A DNA stretch of 64,000 nt from Mobula hypostoma (Eukaryota), in contig NC_086097.1 in assembly GCF_963921235.1 (NCBI RefSeq), forward strand, positions 220,288,001-220,352,000, read 5' to 3'. A model generated the notes under the pieces. That model saw only the letters and a program-made list of their open reading frames with translations, had not been told where the DNA came from and made no database searches. A program made the translations under genes and the position numbers. This document shows, piece by piece, positions 1 to 11,490 of the stretch; the stretch's first letter is position 1; the number at the start of each line of letters is the position of its first letter.

Positions 1-131
1 TCCATTAGCTTTGACGAAGCATTGAGCTATATGTGTCTCAAAGTGATTTAGCCCAAACCCATACCATTCTCACCAGATAAATTGGAATTTAAATTGCAAC
101 ATCTTTACCCTTCCCATTACAGGAGGTTACA

Positions 132-3100
132 TTAAGTAGTCAGAGGAACAGACAGGAGATTCTGTAGACATGAATGGGACACCCAGATTGTACGTTGCCT
201 CCCAGGTGCCAGGCTTAGGGATGTCTCGGATCGTGTACACAGCATTTTGGAGAAGGAAGGAGAGCAGCCAGATGTCTTGGTGCATAATGGTATCAATGAC
301 ATAGGAAGGAAAAGCAATGAGGTCCTGAAGAGAGAATTTAGAGAGCTAGGTAGAAAGACGAGAAGCAAGATCTGCAGGGTAGTAATTTCTGTATTGCCAC
401 CTGTGCCAGGCACCAGTGAGGGTAGGAACAGGATGATTTGGCAGATAAATGCATGGCTGAGAAGCTGGTGCAGAGGGCAGGGCTTCTGGTTCTTGGATCA
501 TTGTGATCTCTTCGGGTGGTGATATGATCTGTAAAAAAGGAATGGGTTGTACCTGAACTGGAGGGGGACCAATATTCTTGCAGGCAGGTTTGTTAGAGTT
601 GTGGAAGGTTTAAGCTAATTTGGCAGGGATATGGGAATCAGAGTAAAGGGACTTATGATAGGACAGATGATAAAAAAAAAGCAAAGATAGTATGCAGTCA
701 GATTGTCAGGAAGGGCAAGCAGATTTTAGGACAAAATTGCAGCCAGTAGGCTGAGTATCAGTGCATTAGGGATGCAGAATCAAAAAGGATAGCAAATACA
801 GTACTCAAAGTATTATATCTTAATGCACGGAGTATAAGCAATAAGGTATATAATCTTGTTGCATGTCTACAGATTGTCAAGTATGATGTTGTGGCCATCA
901 CTGGATCATGGCTGAAGGATGGTTGTAGTTGGGAGTTCAATGTCCAAGTTTATACATTGTATCATAGGAGTAGGAAGTTATGCAGAAGGGGGTGGTGTGG
1001 CTCTGCTGGTAAAGAATGGCATCAAATCTGTAGAAAGATGTGACATGGGATGGGAGGACGATAAACCCTTGTGGGTTGAGTTAAGAAACTGCAAGGGTAA
1101 AAGGACTCTGATGGCAAGCCTCCAAACAGTAGCTGGGATGTGGACTACAGATTACAACGGGAAATAGAAAAGGAGTGTGAAAAGGGCAATGCTATGATAG
1201 TCATGGGAAATTTTAACATGCAGATAGATTAGGAAAATTAGGTTGGTAATGGATCTCAAGAGAGTGAATTTGTTGAAAGCCTGAGAGATGGCCTTTTTAG
1301 AGCAGTTTGTCATTGAGCCTACTAGGGGAGCAGCTATACTAGATTGGGTGTTATGTAATGAACTGGAGGAGATTAGGGAGCTTAAGGTAAAGGAACCCTT
1401 AAGAGGCAGTGATCATAATATGATTGAGTTCAATTTGAAATTTGATAGGGAAATAGTAGAAGTTTGATGTAGCAATATTTCAGTGGAGTAAAGGCAATTA
1501 CTGTGGTACAAAAGAGGAGTTGGCCAAAGTATATTGGAAGGAGATGCTGGCAGGGATGACAGCAATGCAGAAATGGCTTGAGTTTCTGGGAAAAATGAGG
1601 AAGGTGCAGAATATATGTATTCCATAAACAAAGGAATACTCAAATGGCAAAATAGTACAACTGTGGCTGACAAGGGAAGTCAAAGCTAATATAAAAGCAG
1701 AAGACAGGGCAAGGGACAAAGCAAACATTAGCAGGAAGACAGAGCATTGGGAAGCTTTTAAAAACCTACAGAAAGCAACTAAAAATCATTGGGAGGGAAA
1801 AGTGAAATATGAAAGCAAGCTAGCAAATAATATCAAGGTGGATGGAAAAAGCTTTTTCAAGTACGGTATATAAAAAATAAAAGAGAGATGAGAGCGGATA
1901 TAGGACCACTGGAAAATGAGGCCAGAGAAATAATATCGAGGGACAATGAGATAGCAGATGAACTAAATGAGTATTTAGCATCAGTCCCCACCGTGGAAGA
2001 CACTAGCAGTGTGCCAGGTGTTGAAGGGTGTGAGGGAAGAGAGTTAAGTGCAGTTGCTATTACAGGGGAGAAGGTGCTCAAAAAGCTGAAAGATTTAAAG
2101 GTACATAAGTCACCCGGACCAGATGAACTACACCCTAGAGTTTTGAAAGAGGTAGAGGTAGAGATTGTGGAGGCATTAGTAATGATCGTTCAAGAATCAT
2201 TGGGCTCTGGCATGGTTCTGGAGAACTAGAAAATTGCAAATCTCACTCCACTTTTTAAGTAAGAAGGGAGGCAGCAGAAAAGAAATTATAGACCAGTTAG
2301 CCTGACCTCAGTGGTTGGTAAAATGCTGGAGTCAATTGTTAAGGTTGAGGAGTACTGGATTTTCAGAATGCCTTTGACAAGGTGCCACACATGAGGTCCT
2401 TACCAAGTTATGAGCCCATGGTATTACTGGAAAGTTACTAGCATAGTTAGAGCATTGGCTGATTGGTAGGAGGCAGCAAGTGGGAATAAATGGATCCTTT
2501 TCTGGTGCAAAGGGACTTGGAAATCCTCTTGCAGAACACACTAAAGGTTAACTTGCAGGTTGAGTCAGAGGTGAGGAAGGCAAATACAATGTTAGCATTT
2601 ATTTCAAAAGGTCTAGAAAAGGAATATGATGCTAAGGCTTTATAAGGCACTAGTGAGGCCTCACCTTGAGTATTGAGCTCCTAATCTCAGAAAAGATGTG
2701 CCGGCATTGGAGAGGGTCCAGAGGAGGTTAACAAGGATAATTCTGGGAATGAAAGGGTTATCATATGAGAAACGTTTGATGGCTCTGGGCCTGTACTCGC
2801 TGGAATTTAGAAGATTGAGAGGAGATCTCATCGAAACCTTTCAAATGTTGAAAGGCCTAGACAGAGTAGATATGGAAAAGATGTTTCCCATGGTGGGAGA
2901 GTCTAGGACAAGAGGGCCAAGTCTCCGTATAGAGGGGTGTCCATTTAAAACAGAGATGCAGAGATATTTCTTTAGCCAGAGGATGGTGAATTTGTGGAAT
3001 TTTTTATCACAAGCAGCCGTTGAGGCCAGGTCGTTGGGTGCATTTAAGGCAGAGATAGAAGGGTTCTTGACTGGCCACTGCATCAAAGATTACGGGGAAA

Positions 3101-3212
3101 ATGCTGGGGAGTGGGAGGGGGCAAAAAAGGATCAGCCATGATTGGACAGTAGAGCAGACTTGTTGGGCCAAATGGCCTAATACTGCTCCTCTGTTTTATG
3201 GTCTTATGGTCT
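132..3212 (+). mobile_element. CR1-clade LINE, decayed: ORF1 SGNH-esterase part plus ORF2 (APE endonuclease, RT) with internal deletions
   Basis: ORF1 VLVHNGINDIGRK (247-522); APE start YLNARSI near 812; KSPGPDELHPRVLKE (1888-2229); CR1 C-terminus LERVQRR...LGLYSLEFRRLRGDLIE (2698-3141); tail TTATGGTCTTATGGTCT; many stops and frameshifts. Confidence 0.93.
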
Positions 3213-4409
3213 ACATTCAGCCACCAGTACTTACCCCACCCCATCCACAAATTAGTGTAAGGGCAAGCTAATTATGAGACAGGATAGTGGTCATCCAGCC
3301 TGAGGATTTGACTTGCTAATTTTTAACAGGCTGAATTGTGCTAAAATCTGCAGGTTTGAAGGAAAGAGCTGAGTAGCAGATGTTCAACGCTGGACTGCAT
3401 GTGGTGCCCAACAATGGAGCTTGAGTGCTCTGGGACTTCCCAGCACTGTGCCCAGTCAGCAGGCCTGAGATTCCAAAGCTACAGATCAGAAGGGGAAAAT
3501 TAACCAACTCTAATCATTTCCTAATGTTTTAAAATGTTTAGAATCTTTCTTTTTCCTTTAGCTCCTTTTTTTAACGCTGCCAATTGTTTTTTCATTTAAG
3601 TAACTTTAAGTAGCTGATATTTGGGGAAATTTAGAGGCAATTGCAAATGCTCTCAGATTTGATGGGAGCCAATGTTCAGCCCAGTCTTTGTCCTATCAAA
3701 GGTTCTGAGCATGTTCCAGGAATGAGCCACTGGCTTAGCACTAACAGCATGGAAACCTTGTTGTGCTCTGCCCATCTAAATCTGAGGAAAAAGGGACAGG
3801 TGTACAACCCTCTGCACACAGCACAGGTACGATGGAGTGGAAAGGGTTGTATTGCAAAGGCCTTTGACTGTACAACTGTATTTCCTGTGGTGGGTTTTCT
3901 AGTATTGACACCTGTGCCTGATTTAGCATGCACAGTCCATTCTACCTTGTGGAACAAACAAGGCTGTAACACTGACAGAATCTTTGGAACTCCCTGTCCA
4001 TTTGCTGGGATGAGAACCACAAGGCACAGGCCTGGTTGAAGGTAATTTAACCCAATATCTGATTCCACCAGTGCACAGATAGCATTTTGCCCTATTTCAC
4101 CATAAATGCTTTTGGTACCCGTGAATTGTTACATGCTTTGATGAGCGGATAGTTTCTCCAATTGATTAGTGGGAAGACTAAAGTTATTGCTTTGAGGCCT
4201 GGCCAGGAAAGCTAATCAGCAGCTCTTCCATTCCATTGCTTCCCTGGTCATTATTTAACGTTGAGTCAGATGTATCCAAGTATTCGCCAATTTCATTCTT
4301 TCATTCATATCCATCTCTGCTTCAATCCATCTTGCATTTACTATCTCCCAAAGTTTTGGACAACTTCCCAACTTCATGTATTTGGAGCTCATTCAAATCT
4401 GGAGTTCAG

Positions 4410-4552
4410 TTGGATCCTGATGAAGGCTCTTGGCACTAAATTTTGACAGCTTATTTCCCTTCTAAAGTGCCGACTGACCTGCTGAGTTCCTCAGCATTTT
4501 TTTGTGTTTTGCTCCAGATTTCCACCATCTGCAGATGTTCTTGTATCTTCAT
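4410..4552 (+). mobile_element. Penelope-like terminal repeat (pLTR) fragment with degenerate hammerhead core
   Basis: CCTGATGAAGG...GACCTGCTGAGTTCCTCAGCA...CCATCTGCAGA matches the repeat that follows the Penelope endonuclease remnant at 7340-7441. Confidence 0.7.
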
Positions 4553-5746
4553 TTAAAAATCTGTTGCTATGCCTTGCTGTAGCTCACAGTGAATGCCATT
4601 TATCGAGACGTCCCAAGATGACCCATAATGGCAGTTATGCCAAAGGCCTCCCAATTTTAACATCCTCATTATTGTTTTGGAGCCATTCTTGTCCTTTCCA
4701 TTCTGAGTGCTTTCGTCCTACAACCCTCTGCACTCTGCCATCTGAACTTGAGTTTCCCAATCCACAAGCTGGTGGCAGTCATACCTTTAACAGTCCAACT
4801 TTTCCCTTTAGGGCACTCCATAAAGCCTTTCATTTGTGTTTGAGTCTCATTAACATTGCCACAATCACTGCAATGTATTGGAAGAGATGACTGGAGTAAT
4901 TACTAATGATTTCCCTGATAAATTCATCATTAATGAGAGACATCAACTTTGCACTAAAGCCAATGTATCACAAGCCTAAAGACATTTTGCTATTCACACA
5001 GTAATTATTACCGACAAGATATATACCTACTGCTCTGCTTGCTGTATTGATTCTATTTAAGACCTTAAAACAAAAATGAGTATTTTCTATTAGTATAATT
5101 TAAATGTTAACTTTGTTGCTCTTTGGTCATTTATCCTGATTTATATCTTGAACGTGGACGGGGAAAAATGTAGGTTCTCTATCTTCCTTCCACCTCTGCC
5201 TAGATCCCTCCAACCAGCTTACATGCAGTCTTTTCCTTTAATTAACTTTTTCATGGTTTAAGAGCCTTGATGACTTGATTAAGCCTTGCAAGCTGTTCCA
5301 GTTCCTACCCACCTGATTCATTATCCCAGACCTTATTAACTTCCTAATTCTGATCAATGGAGCACTGATGCTGAACACTACAAGGGCAAAGTAAGGATCG
5401 TTCTTTAACACATAAACACTCAGTGGCCACTTTATTTGGTACTGGAGAGGAACCCGGTGTGCTTTGATGCTGCTGTGGCCCATCCACTTCAATGTTTGAT
5501 ATGCTGTACGTTTGGGGATGCTTTTCTATACTGATGTTTAGTTACTGTCAGCTTGAAGGAATCAGGCCATTTTCCTCTGACCTCTCTTATTAACAAACCA
5601 TTTTTGCTCACAGAGCACCGCTCACTGGATGTTTCTTTGAATTTCGCACCATTCTCTGTAAACTCTGGAGACTGAAAATCCCAGGAGATCAGTAGTTTTG
5701 GAGATACTCAGACCACCCCATCTGGCACCAACGATCATTCCACAGT

Positions 5747-6830
5747 TAAGTTCAAGTTCAAGTTTATTATCACCTGCCTACATATATACAACCAAATTAA
5801 ACAATGTTTCTTCAGATCACATTGCATTCATAGAACATATATCACACACAGCACATGAAACAAAATATTACCACAAATAAGTTAATCAAATATAATGAAA
5901 AATGCATGTAGTGCACAGCACAGGTAACAGTAAACTGCAAAGGACTTGCTGTCCTAGTGACGAGGCCTCGGTGGTGGTAGGGTATTCATTATTCTCACAG
6001 CCTGAGGGAAAAAGCTGTTACCTAGTCTGGCAGTCTTTACCCTGGAGCCTGAGCTGTTGCTACCAACTTTGGCTGACTGGAGTCTTTCCATCGAGAAGTC
6101 CAAGATCTAGTTCCAGAGCGTGGTATTGGATCCCACACGAGGACAGTTTACCCACCAGCCTCTGAGGGATGATTGTGATAAACACTGAGTGGAAGTCGAA
6201 GAACAACATCCTGGTGCACGAGGCGTCATTTTCCAGGTGGAACAGGAAAGAGTACAAGGCTGTGGCTATGGCATCATCAGCAGTAGGGGAGCTGAAAATG
6301 ATCCAATGCAGCTGGAAGGTGGGATTTTATACAATCCAATTACCTGCCGCTCAGAGTGTTTCATGATTGCTGAGATCAGTGCCACTGTGCGGTAATCATT
6401 TAGGCCATTTACTGGCACTCTCCTGGACACAGAATGATGGTGGCTGCCTTGAAGCCCGCAAGGTCAATGGACTGTTGCAAAAAGATGTTAAGACCTCCGT
6501 TAGCTGGGCCGCACAATCCCTCAGCCCCTGACCAAGTATGTTGTCTGGCCCCACAGCTTTGCATGGGTTTACCCTGCCTAGGGACCCCCTCAAAGACGAG
6601 AAGATCTGCGAACGCTGGAAATCCTGATGAAGGGTCTCAGCCCGAAACATCGACAGTTTATTCTTTTCCATAGATGCTGCCTGGCGTGCTGAGTTCCTCC
6701 AGCATCTTTTGTGCGTTGCTAGGATCCTCCTCACTTCAGCTGTGGCCAGACAGGGAGAAAGAGGCTTTCCTCAATGTCACATTATTCATTGCATCAAATC
6801 ATACATTGAGAGCATTCAGATATTCGCTGT
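5747..6830 (-). mobile_element. Rex1/Babar-type LINE fragment (RT remnants and 3' tail)
   Basis: Minus-strand peptides RVNPCKAVGPDNILGQGLRDCAAQLTEVLT and RMLFFDFHSVFITIIPQRLVGKL; AATAAACTTGAACTTGAACTT-type tail near 5747-5770. Confidence 0.75.
6593..6718 (+). mobile_element. Short Penelope-derived insertion with hammerhead core
   Basis: CTGATGA-A-GGGTCTCAGCCC-GAAAC-ATC at 6624-6651; flanks 6578-6592 and 6719-6733 match at 12 of 15 nt. Confidence 0.75.
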
Positions 6831-6911
6831 TTCCATTAACAAGCTGGTGTACAGGTGTACCTAATAAAGTGGCCGTTGAATGTCGGGAAATGCTGCTGTG
6901 GAAAGTTGCAA

Positions 6912-7441
6912 GGATCATCTTACGTGCACCTCTGCACCATCCACTACAAGCAGGACTTCCCCATTGCCAAACACTTTAATTCCCATTCCCATTCTCATTC
7001 CGACACGTTGGTCCATGGCCTCCTCGTGTGCCAAGAATAGGCCACCCTCCGGGTGGAGGAGCAACACCTTATATTCCGTCTGGGTACCCTCTAACCTGAG
7101 GGCATGAATATCAATTTCTCCTCCCAGTGAACAGATTCCGGCCCCCTCCTCCATTCCCCACTCTGACCTTTCACTTCTTCTCACCTGCCTATTACTTCCC
7201 CTTCCTTCCCTTTCTCCTATCAGATTCCTTCGTCTCCAGCCCTTGACATTTCCCACCCACCTGGTTTCACTTATCACGATCCAGCTAGCTTCTTTCTCCA
7301 CTCCTCTCCTTTTCATTCTGACATCTTCCCCCTTCCTTCTCGGCCCTCAAGAGGGGTCTTGGCCTGAAACGATGTCTTCTCCATAGAAGCTGCCTGACCT
7401 GTTGAGTTCCTCCAGCATTCTGTGTGTCTTGCTTTGGGTTT
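6912..7441 (+). mobile_element. Penelope-like element 3' end: GIY-YIG endonuclease C-terminal remnant plus pLTR
   Basis: Frame reads HLCTIHYKQDFPIAKHFNSHSHSHSDTLVHGLLVCQE*ATLRVEEQHLIFRLGTL*PEGMNINFS, typical of the vertebrate Penelope ORF end; followed by a pyrimidine-rich UTR and the GGGTCTTGGCCTGAAACG...GCTGCCTGACCTGTTGAGTTCCTCCAGCA repeat. Confidence 0.85.
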
Positions 7442-7449
7442 CCTTAGGG

Positions 7450-8579
7450 CAGCAGTCCCCAACCACCGGGCCACAAAACGTGCTACCGGGCCGCGAGGAA
7501 ATGATATGATTTGGCGATATGAGTCAGCTGCACCTTTCCTCATTCCCTGTCATGCCCACGGTTGAGCTTGAACACACACGAGGTCATTACCCGCGCGTCA
7601 TCCATGTCAGTGCGGGAAGGAGATCAACCCCTCGAGCTTGCAAATGACGGCGGGCTGAAAAGCATGTTTGACATAACATCTCTGCCGGCATTCTGGATCA
7701 AAGTCAAGGCTAAATATCCTGAGATAGCCACGAAAGCACTGAAAACGTTGCTTCCATTTCCAACATATCTCTGCAATGAATGTAACGAAAACTAAATTGC
7801 GCAATAGACTGGACATAAGGAACCTTCTTCGAGTATCGCTGTCTCCCATCACCCCTCGATAGGACCGTGTTGTTGCAGGGAAACAAGCCCAAGGCTCCCA
7901 CTGATTCAGTGATATTGGTGTGTTGCAATGATTTTATATGTTCATACGGGGAAAATATGTGCTGTGTGTTTAATATCCAAACGTTACTTAGAATGTTTGG
8001 TGCTATTGACTTATATAACAATATAACAATTACAGCACGGAAACAGGCCATCTCTGCCCTTCTAGTCCGTGCCGAACGCAACTCTCACCTAGTCCCACCG
8101 ACCTGCACTCAGCCCATAACCCTCCATTCCTTTCCGGCCCATATACCTATCCAATTTTTCTTTAAATTATAATACCGAACCTGCCTCTACCACTTCTACT
8201 GGAAGTTCGTTCAATACTTACTTCAAGCTCCCCTGTCCTCCCCTGATAATTGACTTATTGCTATATTCATGCGAGGAAAATATGTGCTGTGTGTTTAATA
8301 TTAAATTCGTTAGATAAACCCTTTTAGAAACGAAATTAAGTGTATTAGCCACTTATCACCTGTATTGTGTTCATGATTAACACCCCCCCGAACAGAATCG
8401 CCAAAAACGATTTGTAGAAAAAGTCGGCACGTACACGCATGCGCACTGGTGCCCGCACAAGGCTTCATGGTCATTGTAGTCCCTCCACCCACCCCCCCCC
8501 ACCCCCCCGGTTGGCCGGTCTGCAAGAATATTGTCAATATGAAATCGGGCCACATTGCGAAAAAGGTTAGGGACCCCTG
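7450..8579 (+). mobile_element. Non-autonomous hAT (Charlie/Buster-like) DNA transposon
   Basis: TIRs CAGCAGTCCCCAACC / GGTTAGGGACCCCTG; 8-bp TSD CCTTAGGG (7442-7449) vs CCTTAGAG (8580-8587); hAT dimerisation-domain remnant LPAFWIKVKAKYPEIATKALKTLLPFPTYLC...KTKLRNRLD...KQAQGSH. Confidence 0.9.
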
Positions 8580-8774
8580 CCTTAGAGTATACGTTCCAAT
8601 CAAAAATGCATATTTTAATTCCCAGATCAAAACTGTTCCCATTTTGCTGTCAGAATATTTGTCTGGAAAATATTCACAAGGGAGTGATTGATATCGGGAA
8701 CATGCTGTCAGTGGAGGTGGTGGGGTCAAATAGAATGTTTAAGGGACTTTTATTGGCAAGGCATTGAAAGATTA

Positions 8775-9090
8775 ACATGGTAGCATAGCAGTTAGTGCAA
8801 TTGATTCACAGTGCCAGTGATCACGGATCAGAGTTTAATTCCCACCCCCGCCTTTAAGGAGCCTGTACGTCGCCCCATGACTGTGTGGGTTTCCTCTGGG
8901 TGCTCTAGTTTCCTCCCACATTGCAAAGATGTATGGTTAGGGTTAGTGAGTGGTGGGCATGCTATGTTGATGCCAAAAGTGTGGCAACGTTTGTGGGCTG
9001 ATCCTTGCTGACTTGATTTGACGCAAATGAAGCACTTCACTGTAAGATTTGATGTTTCGATGTACATGTGATAAATAAAGCAGATTTGTG
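8775..9090 (+). mobile_element. V-SINE (HE1-like) with Rex/Babar-type 3' tail
   Basis: tRNA-like head; V-domain GTGTGGGTTTCCTCTGGGTGCTCTAGTTTCCTCCCACA; tail TTTCGATGTACATGTGATAAATAAA. Confidence 0.7.
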
Positions 9091-9262
9091 TCTTTAGTGA
9101 AAGCAAATGGAATTAGTGTCAATGGACGAAATGTTTGGCATGGCTGTGAGTGGTTGTGAGGGACTATTTCTGTGCGGTATGTTTCTACAACTAAATTGGA
9201 TTGCTATTTTTGGTGTGTTAACACGTGGTCGTCAATTCATGTTCCCCATCAACCTCTCCCCA

Positions 9263-9290
9263 ACACACACACACACACACACACACACAC
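9263..9290. repeat. (CA)n microsatellite
   Basis: Direct reading. Confidence 0.95.
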
Positions 9291-9682
9291 CATTAAAAAA
9301 TTAGCCAAAATCCAGTTTAAAGTGATGTTGGACTGGCTCACACCCGTATGGGATCTACACAATTCCGATGGCATTTCATACAATTTAGCAGAGCTCCCAA
9401 AACTGCGCGACAACCACAGAAGTGTGTCATTCCTTAAAGGCGTCCACCTCAAAGGAACCACTCAGTGGCAGCACATACGGCTTTTGCCATGGACGAGGCA
9501 GGAGAGAAGGAGGCAGCTCCCCCATTCAGTCAATGGAACTGTGCAATTCCTGGTTTCTGGAACACATACGTGAACATCTGCCAAGTCCTCCACGAGAGGT
9601 TCCTGGCAGGAAGTCATTATAGTTATATCCTTCTGGAGTGAGAATTACTCCTACAGGCCTGAAGCTCTCAGTCTTCTTGACC

Positions 9683-9822
9683 TTGAGTGAAATTTAAGAG
9701 ACTACTGGACAGGCATATGGAGGAATTTAAGGTGGGGATTATATGGGAGGCAGGGATTGAGGGTCAGCACAACAATGTGGGCCGAAGCGCCTGTACTGTG
9801 CTGTACTGTTCTATGTTCTATG
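9683..9822 (+). mobile_element. CR1 extreme 3' fragment, same subfamily as the 11688 and 32100 copies
   Basis: GTGAAATTTAAGAGACTACTGGACAGG...CTGTACTGTGCTGTACTGTTCTATGTTCTATG. Confidence 0.85.
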
Positions 9823-9829
9823 AAACCAC

Positions 9830-10320
9830 ATAAACAGAAGGAGATCATGCAGCATCCTTGATCAGGAATGCTCATCACCAAAGGACATGCTCTCTTCTCG
9901 CTGCTACCATCGGGAAGAAGGTACAGGAGCCTCAGGACTCACTTCACCAGGTTCAGGAATCATTATCACCCCTCACCCACCAGCCTCTTGAACCAAAGGG
10001 AATAACTTCACTCAACTTCACTTGCCCTATTATTGAAATGTTTCCATAATCAATGGATTCACTTTCAAGGACTCTTCATCTAATATTCTCTATATTTATT
10101 GCTTATTTACTTTTTATTATTATTGTTTCTTCTTTTTGTATTTGCACAGTTTGTTGTCTTCTGCACTGTGGTTGAACTCTCTGGTTGGGTGGTATTTCAT
10201 TGATTCTGTTGTAGTTATTATTCTATAGATTGTTGAGTATGCCACAAGGAAATGAATCTTAGGGTTGTATATGGTGACATATGGGTGTTTTGATAATAAA
10301 ATTTACTTTGAACTTTGAAC
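9830..10320 (+). mobile_element. Rex1/Babar LINE 3' end
   Basis: Encodes HALFSLLPSGRRYRSLRTHFTRFRNHYHP; tail GATAATAAAATTTACTTTGAACTTTGAAC. Confidence 0.75.
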
Positions 10321-11064
10321 ATGCAAATTCCACACTGGAGCACCCAAAGTCAGGATTGAACTCACATATCTGGCACTGAGAGACAGCAGCTTGACGAGCT
10401 GCCCCACCCTTCCACCCCGTTAGGTGAGCTCATAATTTTGGCCTGTAGCTTGACAATGGTGCGTCTTCAATATCTGATACATTATGATTTTTTTTAAATC
10501 TTGCACAAAATAGGTAAACTATCAGGGAAATCTAACCAACTGGCAAGCCTTTTTGCCAAAATATTGCTGCAGATAGCACACCCTCTCAGCTGCACAAGCA
10601 GCTCTGATTGAATCTATACAGCCATTTGCTTGGACAATGGAGGCTGAGGTTACGTTGGACCCGCCTTTGCACAATTCCTCAGAAAATCCATCTGGCAAAA
10701 GAAACTAAGGCATTCTTTTCTCTAAGATTAGAAGAAACAAATTTAGTAAAAATTCACTACCACAAAATGCTGAAGAGTTAATTCAGTAAAATTAACCACT
10801 TAGTTCTACAGTTCATTCCTGTGATCTAATCCTGTGATTGTGATCATTGTTATAAACCCTACAAGTACCTCAGCGGATTCAAAATTGAACCCCCCCCACC
10901 CGCCATTAAATTAACATTTTATAATAATTTCTGGGTATTTGTTTTATTCCAAGTTTAGTTTGTGCCATTCAACTGTGAGTCTGTAGATTGCTGCATTCTG
11001 CCTCACTTGATTTGTTTTATTTTTAAAATTCCAATGCCATGTAACTGTTTTATTTTTGTCACGA

Positions 11065-11490
11065 CGCTTAATGGTGGAGAGCATTCCGACTGGTTGCAGC
11101 ACCACCTGCTATGGAGACACCCATGCACAGGACTGCAAGAAGCTGCAGAGAGAGTTGTAGACTGAGCCATCTCCATCATGGGCACAAACCCCACACCATT
11201 GAGCATATCTCCATGAGGTGCTGCCTCCAGAAGGTGAAATCTATTATTAGGGATCATCACCATCCAGGATATGCCCCCTTCTTGTTTCTACCATCAGGGA
11301 GAAGGGAGAGGAGCTTGAAGATCCAAATCAATGATTCAGTACCGATTTCTTTCCCTCTGCCATCAGATTTCCGAACAGCCCATGAACATTACCTCTTCAT
11401 TTTTTTTGTAATTGATAGCAATTTTATTTCTTTGCACTGTACTGCTGCCGTACGACAACAAACTTTATGTCATATATAGACAATAAACTT
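11065..11490 (+). mobile_element. Rex1/Babar LINE 3' end
   Basis: RCCLQKVKSIIRDHHHPGYAPFLFLPSGRRERSLK in ORF 11111-11479; tail ending CAATAAAC. Confidence 0.75.

Larger units (their letters stand above)
5417..6882 (-). mobile_element. Non-autonomous Tc1/mariner element, split by a Rex1/Babar insertion
   Basis: TIR CACTCAGTGGCCACTTTATTTGGTAC at 5417 and its inverse GTACCTAATAAAGTGGCCGTTGAATG ending 6882; 5450-5745 is the reverse complement of Tc1 transposase sequence like that at 28130-28420. Confidence 0.75.

Noticed and set aside
3641..4068. Overlapping ORFs of about 130 aa on both strands
   Set aside because: No recognisable motifs or convincing splice-site pair; probably chance or an old repeat
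9249..9620. Long minus-strand frame interrupted by a single TGA (selenoprotein idea)
   Set aside because: No recognisable fold or SECIS; one stop in this length is unremarkable
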